A DNA stretch of 64,000 nt from an uncultured Trueperaceae bacterium (GTDB lineage: Bacteria; Deinococcota; Deinococci; Deinococcales; Trueperaceae), in assembly GCA_963815215.1 (NCBI GenBank), contig CAWFFU010000003.1:224001-288000 (forward strand). The letters are read 5' to 3'. The notes under the pieces were generated by a model. It was not told the DNA's origin. It saw only the letters and a list, made by a program, of their open reading frames with translations, and did no database searches. The stretch's first letter is position 1; the number at the start of each line of letters is the position of its first letter. Positions 8,979-19,141 of the stretch are shown in pieces. Position numbers and translations under genes: made by a program.

Positions 8979-9242
8979 GTGCCGCCCGCTGTTCGTAGGT
9001 GTTGCAGCGAGATGCCTGCCCGGGAAGCCGCGACGGACGACGTTGCCCCGCCATCGCACGCGAGCGTCACCAAGGACGGGTCCGCACCGGACCGTTCTCG
9101 AGACGGGGGACCCCCGGTCGCAGGCCAGTTGCGATGTGCCGGCCTGGAGCCGCAGTCCTATACGTGGGCCCCCGAGAGGCCCCCCTTAGGCAGCGATCCG
9201 CACCCCACTGGAAGAGTGCGGCATCTGTACGCAGGACAGCAA

Positions 9243-9318
9243 TGGTGCACCAGGAAGGACTCGAACCCTCGACCTACCGCTTAGAAGGCGGCTGCTCTAT
9301 CCGCTGAGCTACTGGTGC
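9243..9318 (-). tRNA. tRNA-Arg(TCT)
   Basis: GCACCAGTAGCTCAGCGGATAGAGCA-GCCGC-CTTCTAA-GCGGT-AGGTC-GAGGGTTCGAGTCCTTC-CTGGTGCACCA. Confidence 0.97.
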
Positions 9319-9370
9319 ATGCGCGCCGGGGCGGGCACCGGGCCCCCGAAGGGGCCCGGGACCGGCCGGG

Positions 9371-9446
9371 TGGAGCGGGAGACGGGATTCGAACCCGCGA
9401 CATACAGCTTGGAAGGCTGTCGCTCTACCAGCTGAGCTACTCCCGC
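9371..9446 (-). tRNA. tRNA-Gly(TCC)
   Basis: GCGGGAGTAGCTCAGCTGGTAGAGCG-ACAGC-CTTCCAA-GCTGT...GTTCGAATCCCG-TCTCCCGCTCCA. Confidence 0.97.
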
Positions 9447-9487
9447 GTGAGACCGCGCCTGGGCCTGCCTGCCGACGCCGGGACGGG

Positions 9488-9564
<77 letters not shown>

Positions 9565-9625
9565 TGCCGTGCCGCGACCCCCGGCCGCCCCTCGCCGCGC
9601 GGGCGCTGCGGCCCGACGGCACCAA

Positions 9626-9655
9626 AGTATACACACCACGTTGACGACGCGACAA
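9626..9655 (-). promoter_or_regulatory. Sigma70-type promoter of the tRNA Pro-Gly-Arg operon
   Basis: TTGTCG-18 bp-TATACT upstream of tRNA-Pro. Confidence 0.55.
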
Positions 9656-9726
9656 GCGCCCCGGAACGCACCCGGACCCCTGCAGGACGGCGTTCTGCTG
9701 CGATCCGGGTCCGAAGCCCGGCAGCG

Positions 9727-10194
9727 TCAGGTCAGCTCGGCGAGCGCCAGCCGCGTCCAGGCCCGCACCTCATCGGTGAGGTCCAACGCATCGAGCGCGG
9801 GGCCGTCGTACCAGCCGAGCCCCTCTTCGTCGGCGGACACATGGCCGTCGTAGGGCTCGATCGGCCGCCCGAAGTAGATCAGGTCGATGTGCTCGTGATC
9901 CTCCCGGATCGTCTCGAGCTGCACTCCACGCGGCCGCATCAGCTGGCGCGGCGCCGGCAGCGCCAGCGCCCGCTCGCCCACCAGCTCGATCGCCACACCC
10001 GACTCCTCCAGTACCTCACGCACGGCTGCGTCGTCGGGCAGCTCGTGAGGCTCGACGTGACCGCCGCAGGGGAGCCACATGCCGAGCTTGCGGTGGCGGT
10101 GCATCAGCAGTCTTCCGCGCCACGCCACGAACACCGTGGCAGCGAGATCGCGCGTGACGGCTGTCGCGGGCGGGCCGGGCGGGCGCGCGCTCAC
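9727..10194 (-). CDS. NUDIX hydrolase
   Basis: Nudix box [24 protein letters not shown]; overlaps miaB stop. Confidence 0.9.
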   Translation of the reverse strand: MSARPPGPPATAVTRDLAATVFVAWRGRLLMHRHRKLGMWLPCGGHVEPHELPDDAAVREVLEESGVAIELVGERALALPAPRQLMRPRGVQLETIREDHEHIDLIYFGRPIEPYDGHVSADEEGLGWYDGPALDALDLTDEVRAWTRLALAELT

Positions 10195-11525
10195 GACGCC
10201 ATGACCAGCGGCACCGCGCTCACGTCCGCGCCGACGACGTCGCCGTAGAGCGTGTGGGGCGTGGCGTGGGTGACCCTCACGCGGTGCAATCCCATGCGCG
10301 TGACCTGCTCGCGCGGCACCAGCACGGTGTGGTTCTGGTCGGAGTGCCCGACCCCGTAGGCCCCGTCGCGCCCCAGGTCCTTGACGAGCACGCGCACTTC
10401 GCGGCCCTCGAACGCGCGGTTGGAGCCCAGTGACCAGTGCTTCTGGCGTTCGATCAGGCGTTGCAGCCGACCTACCTTGACGTCCTTCGGCAGGTCGTCG
10501 AAGCGCTCGGCTGAAGGGGTGCCGGGCCGTGCGCTGTACACGAACATGTAGGCGTGATCGAAGCGCACTTCGTCGTAGAGCGACAGGGTCGCCTCGAAGT
10601 CGTCGTCGGTCTCGCCCGGGAAGCCGGCGATCAGGTCGGTGCTGAGCACCACGCCCTCGACCTTCGCGCGGATCTCACGGACGATCTCCAGGTAGCGCTC
10701 GCGCCGGTACTCGCGCGCCATACGGCGCAGCACCCGGTCGCTGCCGCTCTGCGCGGGCAGGTGGATGTAGTTGCAGACGTTGGGCTCCTCGGCGATCGCG
10801 TCGATGACGTCCGAGGTGAAGTTCATGGGGTGGCTGGTCGTGAACTTCACGCGCGGGATGCCCACCGACGCCACCTGCCGCAGAAGCTCCGCGAAGGAGG
10901 GGAGCGTCGGGTTACCCAGGCCGTAGGAGTTGACGTTCTGGCCGAGCAGCACCACCTCCTGCACGCCGGCGTCGCGCATGGCCTCGGCCTCGCGCAGGAT
11001 CAGCTCGGCCGGTCTGGAGACCTCCGGGCCGCGCGTGGTCGGGACGATGCAGTAGGTGCAGTGATGGTTGCAGCCCCGCATGATGGTCAGGAAGCCGGTC
11101 AGCGCATCCGGCGCGGGGGGCAGGACGCGGTCGAGGTCGTCGCGGAAGCGCAGGCTGCGGAAGCCCCGCTCGCCGCGTTCGAGCGCCTCGATGGCGGGCA
11201 GGATGTCCGAGATGGCGCCGGGACCGACGAGCAGGTCGACCTCGAACTTGTCGGCGATGGCCTGCCCCTCGTCGAGCTGGGCCAGGCAGCCCATCAGGCC
11301 GACCGCCAGCGCGCGGCCGCGTTGCTTCTCCTTGCGCAGCTCACCGAGGAGCGATACCACCTTCTCGACCGGCTTGCCCCGCACGGCGCAGGTGTTGAGC
11401 AGCACCAGATCCGCGTCGGCGGGATGCTCCACCAGCTGATGGCCGCCCGCGACCAACTCCGACTGGATGACATGGGTGTCGTACTCGTTCATCTGACACC
11501 CGTAAGTGATGATGTGCGCGCGAAT
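10191..11525 (-). CDS. miaB: tRNA-2-methylthio-N6-dimethylallyladenosine synthase MiaB (predicted non-canonical ATT start)
   Basis: UPF0004 N-terminus (I/M)[26 protein letters not shown]; radical SAM motif CNHHCTYC; C-terminal TRAM domain. ORF track starts at 11492 and omits the first Cys. Confidence 0.95.
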   Translation of the reverse strand: MRAHIITYGCQMNEYDTHVIQSELVAGGHQLVEHPADADLVLLNTCAVRGKPVEKVVSLLGELRKEKQRGRALAVGLMGCLAQLDEGQAIADKFEVDLLVGPGAISDILPAIEALERGERGFRSLRFRDDLDRVLPPAPDALTGFLTIMRGCNHHCTYCIVPTTRGPEVSRPAELILREAEAMRDAGVQEVVLLGQNVNSYGLGNPTLPSFAELLRQVASVGIPRVKFTTSHPMNFTSDVIDAIAEEPNVCNYIHLPAQSGSDRVLRRMAREYRRERYLEIVREIRAKVEGVVLSTDLIAGFPGETDDDFEATLSLYDEVRFDHAYMFVYSARPGTPSAERFDDLPKDVKVGRLQRLIERQKHWSLGSNRAFEGREVRVLVKDLGRDGAYGVGHSDQNHTVLVPREQVTRMGLHRVRVTHATPHTLYGDVVGADVSAVPLVMAS

Positions 11526-11627
11526 GACTCCGTCCCTTCCGGCGCGAGCTCAGCGCGTCGCGCCGTCCTTCCGCGGCGGCCATTCTAGCAGGGGTCCGCT
11601 CGCCCGGTCGGCGGCGGGCCGACGCAA

Positions 11628-11813
11628 TCAGTGCAGCAGCAGGGCGCCCGCCAGCACCAGGAACACGCTCACCACCGAGAGCAAGAAGCCCAGCAGGTAG
11701 AGCCGTGGGAAGCGCCGGGACAGCGCCGGGATCGGGGACGCTACGACCAGCACGATCCCCACCAGGAAGAGGTAGGCGGCGGCGCGGATGAGGAACGAGA
11801 GCGATCCGGGCAC
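11628..11813 (-). CDS. Small two-TM membrane protein
   Basis: Two hydrophobic helices; TATCCT 7 nt upstream of GTG (leaderless pattern). Confidence 0.7.
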   Translation of the reverse strand: MPGSLSFLIRAAAYLFLVGIVLVVASPIPALSRRFPRLYLLGFLLSVVSVFLVLAGALLLH

Positions 11814-11830
11814 GTCCGTGAGGATACCGG

Positions 11831-13012
11831 CTAGGGAGCCTTGCCGGCCAGCAGGGTGGGCACCGCGGCGCCGGGGTCGAGGTGGAAGCGGTGGAGGATG
11901 CTGACCTCGTTGCCGCTTCGCTCCAGGCCGACCGACACGGTGGTGGGGCCCTGCGCGTCGGGTACGAACAGCTCGAAGCTGCCCGCTCCCACACGTGCGG
12001 TCGGCTGATAGTCGCCCTGCACGAACAGGGCCAGGTGGCCGGTCGTCGGGGCGGCGTAGCGCAGCCGGAGTTGGACCCCGCGCTCGACCGTGCGATGCGT
12101 CGTGGCTCCCAGCAGGGCAAGGGTGGTGCGGGGCTCGCCGGGGTCCGGGAGGTAGCGGCCGCTCATGGTATCGAGCGTACCGCCGTCGTCGACCACGTAA
12201 TGATCGCCCGCCAGCGGTACGCCGACGACCAGGCTGACGGTGCCACCGGCATCTGTGGTCAGGGTGACCGAGGACGTGCCGGCCGTGACATCGCGCGTTT
12301 GCGGCGCCTCGTTGCCGAGGTGGAACAGCGCCCGCGTCGCGACCCGGGCGTGGACCTCGACGCTCACCTCGACGACCGTGCGCGAGGTACGAACGACGCT
12401 CGAGTCGACCAACTGGATGGGCTCGGCGCCGAAGTCCTGCACCACGAAGAGCTCGCCTTGCGCGTTGCGGCTCGCGCCGAAGCCAACGCGATCGTAGTGG
12501 GCGTCGAGCAGGTTCCTGCGGTGGGGCGGGGAGTGGAGCCAGTCGTCGACCGCCTGGCTGGCGGCCGCCGCATCGCCGCCGGGCTGGGCCAGCATGACGA
12601 TGTTCTCTGCGACGTCGACCAGGGGACTTCCGGCCAGGGCGAGACGTTTCTGCAGGGAGTCATGCACCGGGAGCGGCGAGCCGTGCGAGAAGTAGTCGAG
12701 CTGCGCCATCTCGGCGGCGTGCTCACGTGCCGCACGAGCCAGGCCTTCGTCCTGGCGGACGGGCGCGAGCCCCTGGGCCCCTCGCGCGGCATTGGTGGCG
12801 TGCAGCAAGGCCGCTTCCAGGGCGGCATCGGCGGGCGGGATCGGTTCGCGCGCCGCCAGCGGCAGGGGTGCGGCGAGCGCGATGGTGAAGGCGACTGCGA
12901 GGGCGACGGCGAGCACGCCCGCCAGGGCGCGGGGCCGTCTCCAGCGAAGCGGGACGCGAAGCGTGGCAGGCAGCATGGCAGCTTGCGAGATAGGCGTCGG
13001 GGCGCGAAGCAT
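11831..13012 (-). CDS. Secreted CAP (SCP) domain protein with C-terminal beta-rich extension
   Basis: TNAARGAQGL, AAREHAAEM..YFSH, AENI, WLHSPPHRRNLL, VGFG, VQDFG CAP motifs; signal-like N-terminus. Confidence 0.88.
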   Translation of the reverse strand: MLRAPTPISQAAMLPATLRVPLRWRRPRALAGVLAVALAVAFTIALAAPLPLAAREPIPPADAALEAALLHATNAARGAQGLAPVRQDEGLARAAREHAAEMAQLDYFSHGSPLPVHDSLQKRLALAGSPLVDVAENIVMLAQPGGDAAAASQAVDDWLHSPPHRRNLLDAHYDRVGFGASRNAQGELFVVQDFGAEPIQLVDSSVVRTSRTVVEVSVEVHARVATRALFHLGNEAPQTRDVTAGTSSVTLTTDAGGTVSLVVGVPLAGDHYVVDDGGTLDTMSGRYLPDPGEPRTTLALLGATTHRTVERGVQLRLRYAAPTTGHLALFVQGDYQPTARVGAGSFELFVPDAQGPTTVSVGLERSGNEVSILHRFHLDPGAAVPTLLAGKAP

Positions 13013-13107
13013 GGCGCAGTCTACGGCGGCCTACTGCGCCCCGGCAGGCGGGACGGTGAACGTTCGTCCACGGGCGCGAGCGCCGCGGCGCCGGCCTACA
13101 CTGGACT

Positions 13108-13461
13108 ATGGATGCCTTCCGGAGTGCGGTGCTGCGGGTGGTGAGGGCCGTGCCCGAGGGCCGGGTGGTGAGCTACGGCCGGGTGGCGCTGCTGGCCGGC
13201 CGGCCCGGCGCGGCGAGAGCGGTGGGGGCGGTCATGCGCGGATTGCGACAGGACGACGGCGACGTTCCGTGGCAGCGTGTGGTCAACGCGCGCGGCGGCA
13301 TCTCGACCTACAAGGTGGGCCACGGCGAGCTGCAGACGGCGCTGCTGCGCGCCGAAGGGGTCGAGCTCGACGGCGGACGGATCGACCTGACGCGCTTCGG
13401 CTGGTGGCCCGACGACGAGCTGGCGCTGCGCATGGTCGACGGCTCTTCTCAGCCGACGTAG
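13108..13461 (+). CDS. Alkyltransferase-like (ATL, MGMT family) DNA-binding protein
   Basis: VPEGRVVSYGRVA, ARAVG, PWQRVVN (Trp in place of the catalytic Cys). Confidence 0.9.
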   Translation: MDAFRSAVLRVVRAVPEGRVVSYGRVALLAGRPGAARAVGAVMRGLRQDDGDVPWQRVVNARGGISTYKVGHGELQTALLRAEGVELDGGRIDLTRFGWWPDDELALRMVDGSSQPT

Positions 13462-14240
13462 AGGTCGGTGCCCACGAAGTAGGTGATCACCCGGCGCTTG
13501 AAGGTGCGGCGGAGCCAGCCCACGCGAACGGTAGCGCTGACGAAGTAGCCGCCGTGCTGTCTCAGGTTGCGGGCGGTGAAGCCGAGCCCCGGTACCACGA
13601 ACCCCATGACGCCGAGCAGCGATGCGACGGCCTCGGCGACGAGGTCGGTGTGGCGTGAGGCCGGGAACGGCGCGACGAAGAGCGCCTTGAGCACGTGGGT
13701 GTGGCGCCCGCTCAACGGCTCGCCGAGCATCGCGAGCTGGCGGTCCAGGCGGCGCGTGCGCGTCTGGATGCTCCCGTCACTGGCGTGCTGGTAGAAGTTG
13801 TCGACCAGCGTGAAGCTCACGTGCGCGGCCGCGACGCGGTCGTAGGGGACCAGGGTGAGGGTGGCTTCGAAGGGCTCTCCGCTCTTGGCGGTCCCGGGCA
13901 CCTCCAGCTGCATCTCGTTGAACGAGTGCTGCCACAGCGCGTCGTGCAGCGACGACCAGGCCGCGCCCGCGGCCGAAGCCAGGCCCAGGCCCAGGAAGAC
14001 CGGCCCGAGGCCGAGGGCCGCACGCCACGCCGGCGCCAGCAGCAGCGTGGCGGCCAGCAGCGCCAGGCCGGCCCACATCGAGCCCAGGTAGAAGCCGGGC
14101 AGGGCGGTGAGCCGGGGCGGGTAGGGGAGGTCGAGCGGAGGATCGTCGAGGTAGCGTTTGGCGACCCCGCAGGCCTCGCACACCGCTCCGGCGGCGTTGT
14201 GGTGACCGCAGGCCGCGCACTCCCAGGCGAGCGACGTCAT
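13449..14240 (-). CDS. Hypothetical membrane protein with N-terminal zinc ribbon
   Basis: Start ATG 14240 with TATCCT 6 nt upstream; WECAACGHHN..VCEACG followed by hydrophobic helices. Confidence 0.7.
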   Translation of the reverse strand: MTSLAWECAACGHHNAAGAVCEACGVAKRYLDDPPLDLPYPPRLTALPGFYLGSMWAGLALLAATLLLAPAWRAALGLGPVFLGLGLASAAGAAWSSLHDALWQHSFNEMQLEVPGTAKSGEPFEATLTLVPYDRVAAAHVSFTLVDNFYQHASDGSIQTRTRRLDRQLAMLGEPLSGRHTHVLKALFVAPFPASRHTDLVAEAVASLLGVMGFVVPGLGFTARNLRQHGGYFVSATVRVGWLRRTFKRRVITYFVGTDLYVG

Positions 14241-14300
14241 GTCCGGAGGATAGCCGACGCGGTGCGGAGCGGAGATGGGAAAGTTCGTATGATGGCAGGC

Positions 14301-15461
14301 ATGGATTCCGACGCCCTGGTGACGCTCGCTTCCGACCTGATCCGCGCTCCCAGCCCGTCGGGGCGCGAGGGCCCCGCGGCGGACGTGCTGATGCGAGCGT
14401 TCGCCGCGCTCGGCTTCGACGAGGTGCGGCGCGACGAAGCGGGTAACGCGCTCGGCGTGTTCCGGCGCGGCGATGGGCCGGTGGTCATGTTCAACGGGCA
14501 TCTCGACACCGTGCCGCTGGGGGATGCTTCGCTGTGGCCGCAGCCCGCGCTGTCCGGGGCGGTCGTGGACGGGCGGCTGTGGGGGCGCGGCGCGTGCGAC
14601 ATGAAGAGCGCGCTGGCGTGCATGACGATGGCGGCCGCCGATGCCGCCCGCGACGGCTTCGCCGGCACGCTGGTGGTGGCGGGGGTGGTCCAGGAGGAAG
14701 TAGGCGGGCTGGGCGCCCGCTTCCTGGGCGAGACCCTGCCCGCCGACGTGATCGTGCTGGGCGAACCGAGCAAGCTCGACCTGATGCTGGGGCACCGCGG
14801 GCGCATCGAACTCGAGGTGCGCTTCCCCGGCCGTATCGCGCACGCCGCCAAGGCGGAGCTGGGCGAGAACGCGTTGTTGAACGCCGCACGCTTCATCGAG
14901 CGGCTGTCGAGCCTCGAGCTACCCGCCGGCGGACCGCTGGTCGGCTCCAGCGCCACCCCCACCCGGCTGGTGACCTTCCCGGAGGACGGCGTCAACGTCG
15001 TTCCCGGTTCGGCGTTGCTCACCGTCGACTACCGCACCATCCCCGGCGACGACGAGAAGGCGGTGGTGGCGCGGCTCGCCGGGCTTGCCGGCGATCCGCG
15101 CGTGGTGATCGACGTGCCGACCGAGCACGCCCAGAGTGAGGACGGCACGCTGCGGCGCGAGTACCCGCGTTCGGTCGGCGCGTATCTGGCGCCCGGTGAG
15201 AGCGCCGTAGTCGAGACCGCGCGGGGGGCGCTGCGAGCGGCGCTGGCCGAGAGCGGGCGCGGGCTGCGGGAGCGCACCTGGTGGTTCGCCACGGACGCTC
15301 CTCATCTGGCTCGCAGCGGCGGCGTGGTGATCGGCTTCGGGCCGGGCGAGGAGGAGCTCGCGCACACGACTCGTGAGAGCGTCGAGGTCGCCAGCCTCCA
15401 CGTGGCGAGGGCGGGCTACCGGGCGCTGGCGCGCGCCTACCTGGGACAGGGAGTGAACTGA
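14301..15461 (+). CDS. M20/M25/M40 family metallo-hydrolase (ArgE/DapE-like)
   Basis: GHLDTV, GRGACDMK, QEEVGG, GEPS, AHT metal-binding motifs; TATGAT 7 nt upstream of ATG. Confidence 0.9.
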   Translation: MDSDALVTLASDLIRAPSPSGREGPAADVLMRAFAALGFDEVRRDEAGNALGVFRRGDGPVVMFNGHLDTVPLGDASLWPQPALSGAVVDGRLWGRGACDMKSALACMTMAAADAARDGFAGTLVVAGVVQEEVGGLGARFLGETLPADVIVLGEPSKLDLMLGHRGRIELEVRFPGRIAHAAKAELGENALLNAARFIERLSSLELPAGGPLVGSSATPTRLVTFPEDGVNVVPGSALLTVDYRTIPGDDEKAVVARLAGLAGDPRVVIDVPTEHAQSEDGTLRREYPRSVGAYLAPGESAVVETARGALRAALAESGRGLRERTWWFATDAPHLARSGGVVIGFGPGEEELAHTTRESVEVASLHVARAGYRALARAYLGQGVN

Positions 15462-15462
15462 C

Positions 15463-15855
15463 GTGAAAGGGCAGACGGTGGTCATCAACGGGGATCGGTG
15501 GACGGTGGTCGACGTGGCGCCGGCGCAGGCGCTGGCTGAGATGGTCGCCGCGCTCCTCGAGGACGAGGGGATGGTCGCCATGGTGCGCGGCGACGAGCTG
15601 CTCACCGACGTGTTCTCCAACCTGGGGGCCGGCGGCGTCGGCTCGGCGCTGGTGCTGGTCCCCGAGGCCGATGCCCAGCGGGCCCTGAGCCTCATCGAAG
15701 AGACGGTCACGGACTTCGAGGGCGACGAGCTGGACGACATCATGGACGCGATCGCGGCCGGCGCTGATCCCGAAGAGCTGCTGGGCGCCGGGGAGATGCC
15801 GTCGGGCGAGGGCGCCTCCGAAGAAGACGCCTCCGAAGAGGACGACCCGGCGTGA
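15463..15855 (+). CDS. Acidic hypothetical protein, DUF2007-like
   Basis: AEMVAALLEDEGM...VLVPEADAQRALSLIEE pattern; operonic between the M20 and CDF genes. Confidence 0.7.
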   Translation: MKGQTVVINGDRWTVVDVAPAQALAEMVAALLEDEGMVAMVRGDELLTDVFSNLGAGGVGSALVLVPEADAQRALSLIEETVTDFEGDELDDIMDAIAAGADPEELLGAGEMPSGEGASEEDASEEDDPA

Positions 15856-16784
15856 ACGCAGGGGCTGCCGACGGCGGCGCCGTGCGGCGTACAGCCGCGC
15901 GCGTCAGCCTGGTCGGCGCCCTGGTCATCCTGGTCCTGAAGTTCGGCGCCTACGGGCTCACGGGCTCGGTCGGCTTCCTGTCCGACGCGGCCGAGTCGGT
16001 GGTGAACCTGGTGGCGGCGGTGGCGCTGATGATCGCCATGTCCGTGGCCGGGACACCGCCCGACTACCGTCACCCGTACGGTCACACCAAGGCGGAGTAC
16101 CTCTCCAGCGTGCTCGAGGCGAGCCTGATCGTGGTGGCGGCGGTGGTCATCGTGGCCGCCGCGGTGCAGCGGCTGCTGCACCCGCAGGCGCTCGAGCACG
16201 TCGTCCTCGGCGCCGGCATCGCGGCACTCGCCGCGGCGGTCAACGGAGGGCTGGCGGCCTTCCTGTTCCGCACCGGGCGTCGCGAGCGCTCGGCGGCGCT
16301 GGAGGCCAACGCCCGCCACCTCCTCACCGACGTGTGGACGTCGATCGGGGTGGTCCTGGGCGTGGCCTTGGTGGCGATCACCGGCTGGGACCCGCTCGAT
16401 CCCATCATCGCCATCCTGGTGGCCAGCAACATCGTGGCGGTGGGCGCGGGCGTGTTCCGACGATCGGTCTCCGAGCTGCTCGATGAGCGGCTCCCCGAGG
16501 GCGAGGAGCGCATCATCCTGCGGGTGCTAGACGAGGCGCCCGAGGTCAAGGGCTACCATCGCCTGCGCACGCGCCGGGCCGGCCGCTTGCGGTTCGCCGA
16601 GGTGGACGTCTTCGTCGATCCGGAGCTCAGCGTGCGCGACGCACACCGCCTGATCGCGCGGCTCGAAGACACCATGCACGGCGATCTCTCGGACCTGGTG
16701 ACCACGGTGCACGTCGAGCCTTTCGAGGCGGGCGTGCGCGACGCCAGCCTGACGCCGCGCGAAGAGTTCCCGCAGGGCCGCTGA
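15852..16784 (+). CDS. Cation diffusion facilitator family transporter
   Basis: SDAAES, PPDYRHPYGHTKAEY, HLLTDVWTS, C-terminal dimerisation domain ending VHVEP. Confidence 0.93.
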   Translation: MNAGAADGGAVRRTAARVSLVGALVILVLKFGAYGLTGSVGFLSDAAESVVNLVAAVALMIAMSVAGTPPDYRHPYGHTKAEYLSSVLEASLIVVAAVVIVAAAVQRLLHPQALEHVVLGAGIAALAAAVNGGLAAFLFRTGRRERSAALEANARHLLTDVWTSIGVVLGVALVAITGWDPLDPIIAILVASNIVAVGAGVFRRSVSELLDERLPEGEERIILRVLDEAPEVKGYHRLRTRRAGRLRFAEVDVFVDPELSVRDAHRLIARLEDTMHGDLSDLVTTVHVEPFEAGVRDASLTPREEFPQGR

Positions 16785-16795
16785 CGACGGCGCGG

Positions 16796-17395
16796 TCAGG
16801 ACCGCACGGGGTGTGAGAGGTAGGCCGAGCCGATCTCGACGAAGCGCAACGGGGCGGCCGCCCAGTCTCCGGCGTAGTCGACGCCGATGCGACGGTCCAC
16901 GCCCACCGCGGCCGGCGGATCGCCCGGCAGGATCGAGACCGGCGGGCCCTGGAGGCCGATGGCGTTGTGCGTCAGATCGATGCCGAGCGCGCGGGTCAGC
17001 CGGCCCGGGCCGTCGGTGCGCCCGACCACCTCCGTGAGCGGTTCGACGGCGCGCACCAGCACGGCGTGGGGGGCACCCTCCGCCAGGGCGACGACGTTGA
17101 ACAGGTGATGCAGGCCGTAGACGAGATAGACGTAGGCGGTGCCCGGCGGCCCGTAGAGGGTCGTGGTGCGCGGCGTGAGCCCGCGCGACGCGTGACAGGC
17201 GAGGTCCTCCTCGCCGAGGTAGGCCTCGGTCTCGACGATGCGCGCGAGCGAGCGGAGCCCGCCGTGCTCCACGCACAGGCGCTGCCCCAACAGGGCGCGC
17301 GCCAGCACGTCCGCGGGGCGGGCGTAGAAGGCGTGAGGCAGGGGCGTGTCGCGGTCGTCCGCGGCGCCGGGTTCCCGGGCGGGAGCGGCGCTCAC
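16796..17395 (-). CDS. DNA-3-methyladenine glycosylase (MPG/AAG family)
   Basis: RIVETEAYLG, AYVYLVYGLH, AVLVRAVEP, GPGRLTRALGI, RIGV. Confidence 0.93.
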   Translation of the reverse strand: MSAAPAREPGAADDRDTPLPHAFYARPADVLARALLGQRLCVEHGGLRSLARIVETEAYLGEEDLACHASRGLTPRTTTLYGPPGTAYVYLVYGLHHLFNVVALAEGAPHAVLVRAVEPLTEVVGRTDGPGRLTRALGIDLTHNAIGLQGPPVSILPGDPPAAVGVDRRIGVDYAGDWAAAPLRFVEIGSAYLSHPVRS

Positions 17396-18624
17396 CGAAG
17401 GTGCCGCGCCAGGGGGATGACCTCGATCGGGTCCCCCACTTCGACGACGCGCCCCGCCGGCACCACGGCGAGCGCGTCCCCTTCGCTCATGGAGCGCAGC
17501 ACGCCCGACGACTGGTTCGGCAACGCCGCGGCGGCGAGGCCGCTCTGGTCCAGCGCCAGAACCGCACGCGGCAGGCTCTCCTTGAGCGCGGCGCCGTGGA
17601 AGGGGGTGCGTGCGCGGGCCGGTCTGCGGTCGAGATAGGGCGGTGGATCGCTACGGCCCAGGGCAGCGTCGAGGAAGCCGCGGGCGAGGACCAGGAACAC
17701 CACCATGCTCGATACCGGATTGCCGGGCAGCCCCAGCACCGGGAGGTCGCCGAGCCGTCCGTAGAGGGCGGGGCCGCCGGGCTTCATGGCGACCTTCCAG
17801 AAGCGCACCGTGCCCCGCCCGAACAGCAGGTCTCGCACGCGATCGTAGCGTCCCATCGAGACGCCGCCAGAGGTGAGCAGTAGGTCGACCGAGCCCACCC
17901 GCTCCAACGCGCGCTCCAGCGCGTCCGCATCGTCGCCTACGCGCGGCAACCGGATCATGGCGGCGCCCGCTGCTTGCCCCAGCGCCATCAGGGAGGCCCC
18001 GTTACTGTCGTAGACCTGGCCACGCGCCAGGGGTCGGCCCGGGTCCACCACCTCGTCGCCGGTGGTCAGGAGCGCCACCCGCGGGCGCCGGGCCACGGCT
18101 ACGGTGGCATGCCCCATACCGCCGGCGAGGCCGATGGTGGCGGCGTCGAGGCGTCGACCGCGACGTAGATAGACCTGTCCATCCACAAGATCTTGCGCGC
18201 GCCGCCGGATATCGCCGGTACGCGCCGGTTGCAGCAGCTCGACCACGTCGCTCTCGACCTCGCGGCTCGCCTCGACCGGAACGATGCCGTCGGCGCCATC
18301 GGGCACGGCGGCGCCGGTGAAGATGCGGACGGCCTGGCCGGGCCCCACCGTTCCCGTGAATGGCCGCCCCGCCGGCGCCTCGCCCACCAGCCGCAGCCTG
18401 GCCGGTGCTCCGTCGCGCGCGCCGGCGGTGTCCTGCACGCGACACGCGTAACCGTCGAGCGCAGAGTTGTCGACGCCCGGATGGTCGCACAGGCTGGCCA
18501 GGTCCTCGGCCAGGATGCGCCCCATCGCGTCGGCCAGCTCGACGCGTTCACTGCCAAGGGTGGGCGCGTCGCGCTGGAGGATGGCGAGCGCGTCGGCCGG
18601 AGCGAGCCCGCTGGGTGCGTCCAT
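17392..18624 (-). CDS. moeA: Molybdopterin molybdotransferase
   Basis: DNSALDGYA, RIFTGAAVPDGAD, TTGDE, TSGGVSMG, MKPGGP, LPGNPVSS. Confidence 0.95.
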   Translation of the reverse strand: MDAPSGLAPADALAILQRDAPTLGSERVELADAMGRILAEDLASLCDHPGVDNSALDGYACRVQDTAGARDGAPARLRLVGEAPAGRPFTGTVGPGQAVRIFTGAAVPDGADGIVPVEASREVESDVVELLQPARTGDIRRRAQDLVDGQVYLRRGRRLDAATIGLAGGMGHATVAVARRPRVALLTTGDEVVDPGRPLARGQVYDSNGASLMALGQAAGAAMIRLPRVGDDADALERALERVGSVDLLLTSGGVSMGRYDRVRDLLFGRGTVRFWKVAMKPGGPALYGRLGDLPVLGLPGNPVSSMVVFLVLARGFLDAALGRSDPPPYLDRRPARARTPFHGAALKESLPRAVLALDQSGLAAAALPNQSSGVLRSMSEGDALAVVPAGRVVEVGDPIEVIPLARHLR

Positions 18625-18667
18625 GTCGGCATGCTATCAGGCCGGCGTGGCCCGTCGGAGGGTCAGG

Positions 18668-19141
18668 TCAGGCCTGTTGCATGCCGCGGCCGTCCCAGCC
18701 GGCGTAGGTGTAGAAGGTGCCGGGGCGCTGTCCCTGCAGGTAGGCCACCAGCGGGTCGCGCAGCGGTGCGATGGGGATGATGCCCTTGACGTCCTCGGCG
18801 GGGAAGAAGCGCGCCTCGACGATGAAGCCGTCGGGATCGCGGGGGTTCAGGAGTCCGTCGTAACGGGCGTGGAAGGCGAAGGACACGGCGCGATCGTTGC
18901 GGCGGCGGTCCTCCACGTGGACGGCGTACGCCAGATGGGTGATCTCGGTCAGGACGAGGCCCGTCTCCTCGCGGACCTCGCGGCTCAGCGCGTCCAGGGT
19001 GGACTCGCCTCGTTCCACCACGCCCCCGGGGAGGGTGTAGCGGACGTTCCCGTACCCTTGCCAGTCGTTGCCTACGAGCAGGACGCGGCCCTGAGCGTCC
19101 AGGAGGATCGCCGCGGCAACGACGAACTCACGCCGTGCCAC
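18668..19141 (-). CDS. NUDIX hydrolase
   Basis: Nudix box GGVVERGESTLDALSREVREETGL; overlaps prfA end. Confidence 0.9.
   Translation of the reverse strand: MARREFVVAAAILLDAQGRVLLVGNDWQGYGNVRYTLPGGVVERGESTLDALSREVREETGLVLTEITHLAYAVHVEDRRRNDRAVSFAFHARYDGLLNPRDPDGFIVEARFFPAEDVKGIIPIAPLRDPLVAYLQGQRPGTFYTYAGWDGRGMQQA

Noticed and set aside
3000..9242. Integrative element at tRNA-Arg(TCT)
   Set aside because: I found no duplicated tRNA 3' end near 3000-3130 and no integrase; kept only as a possible accessory block.
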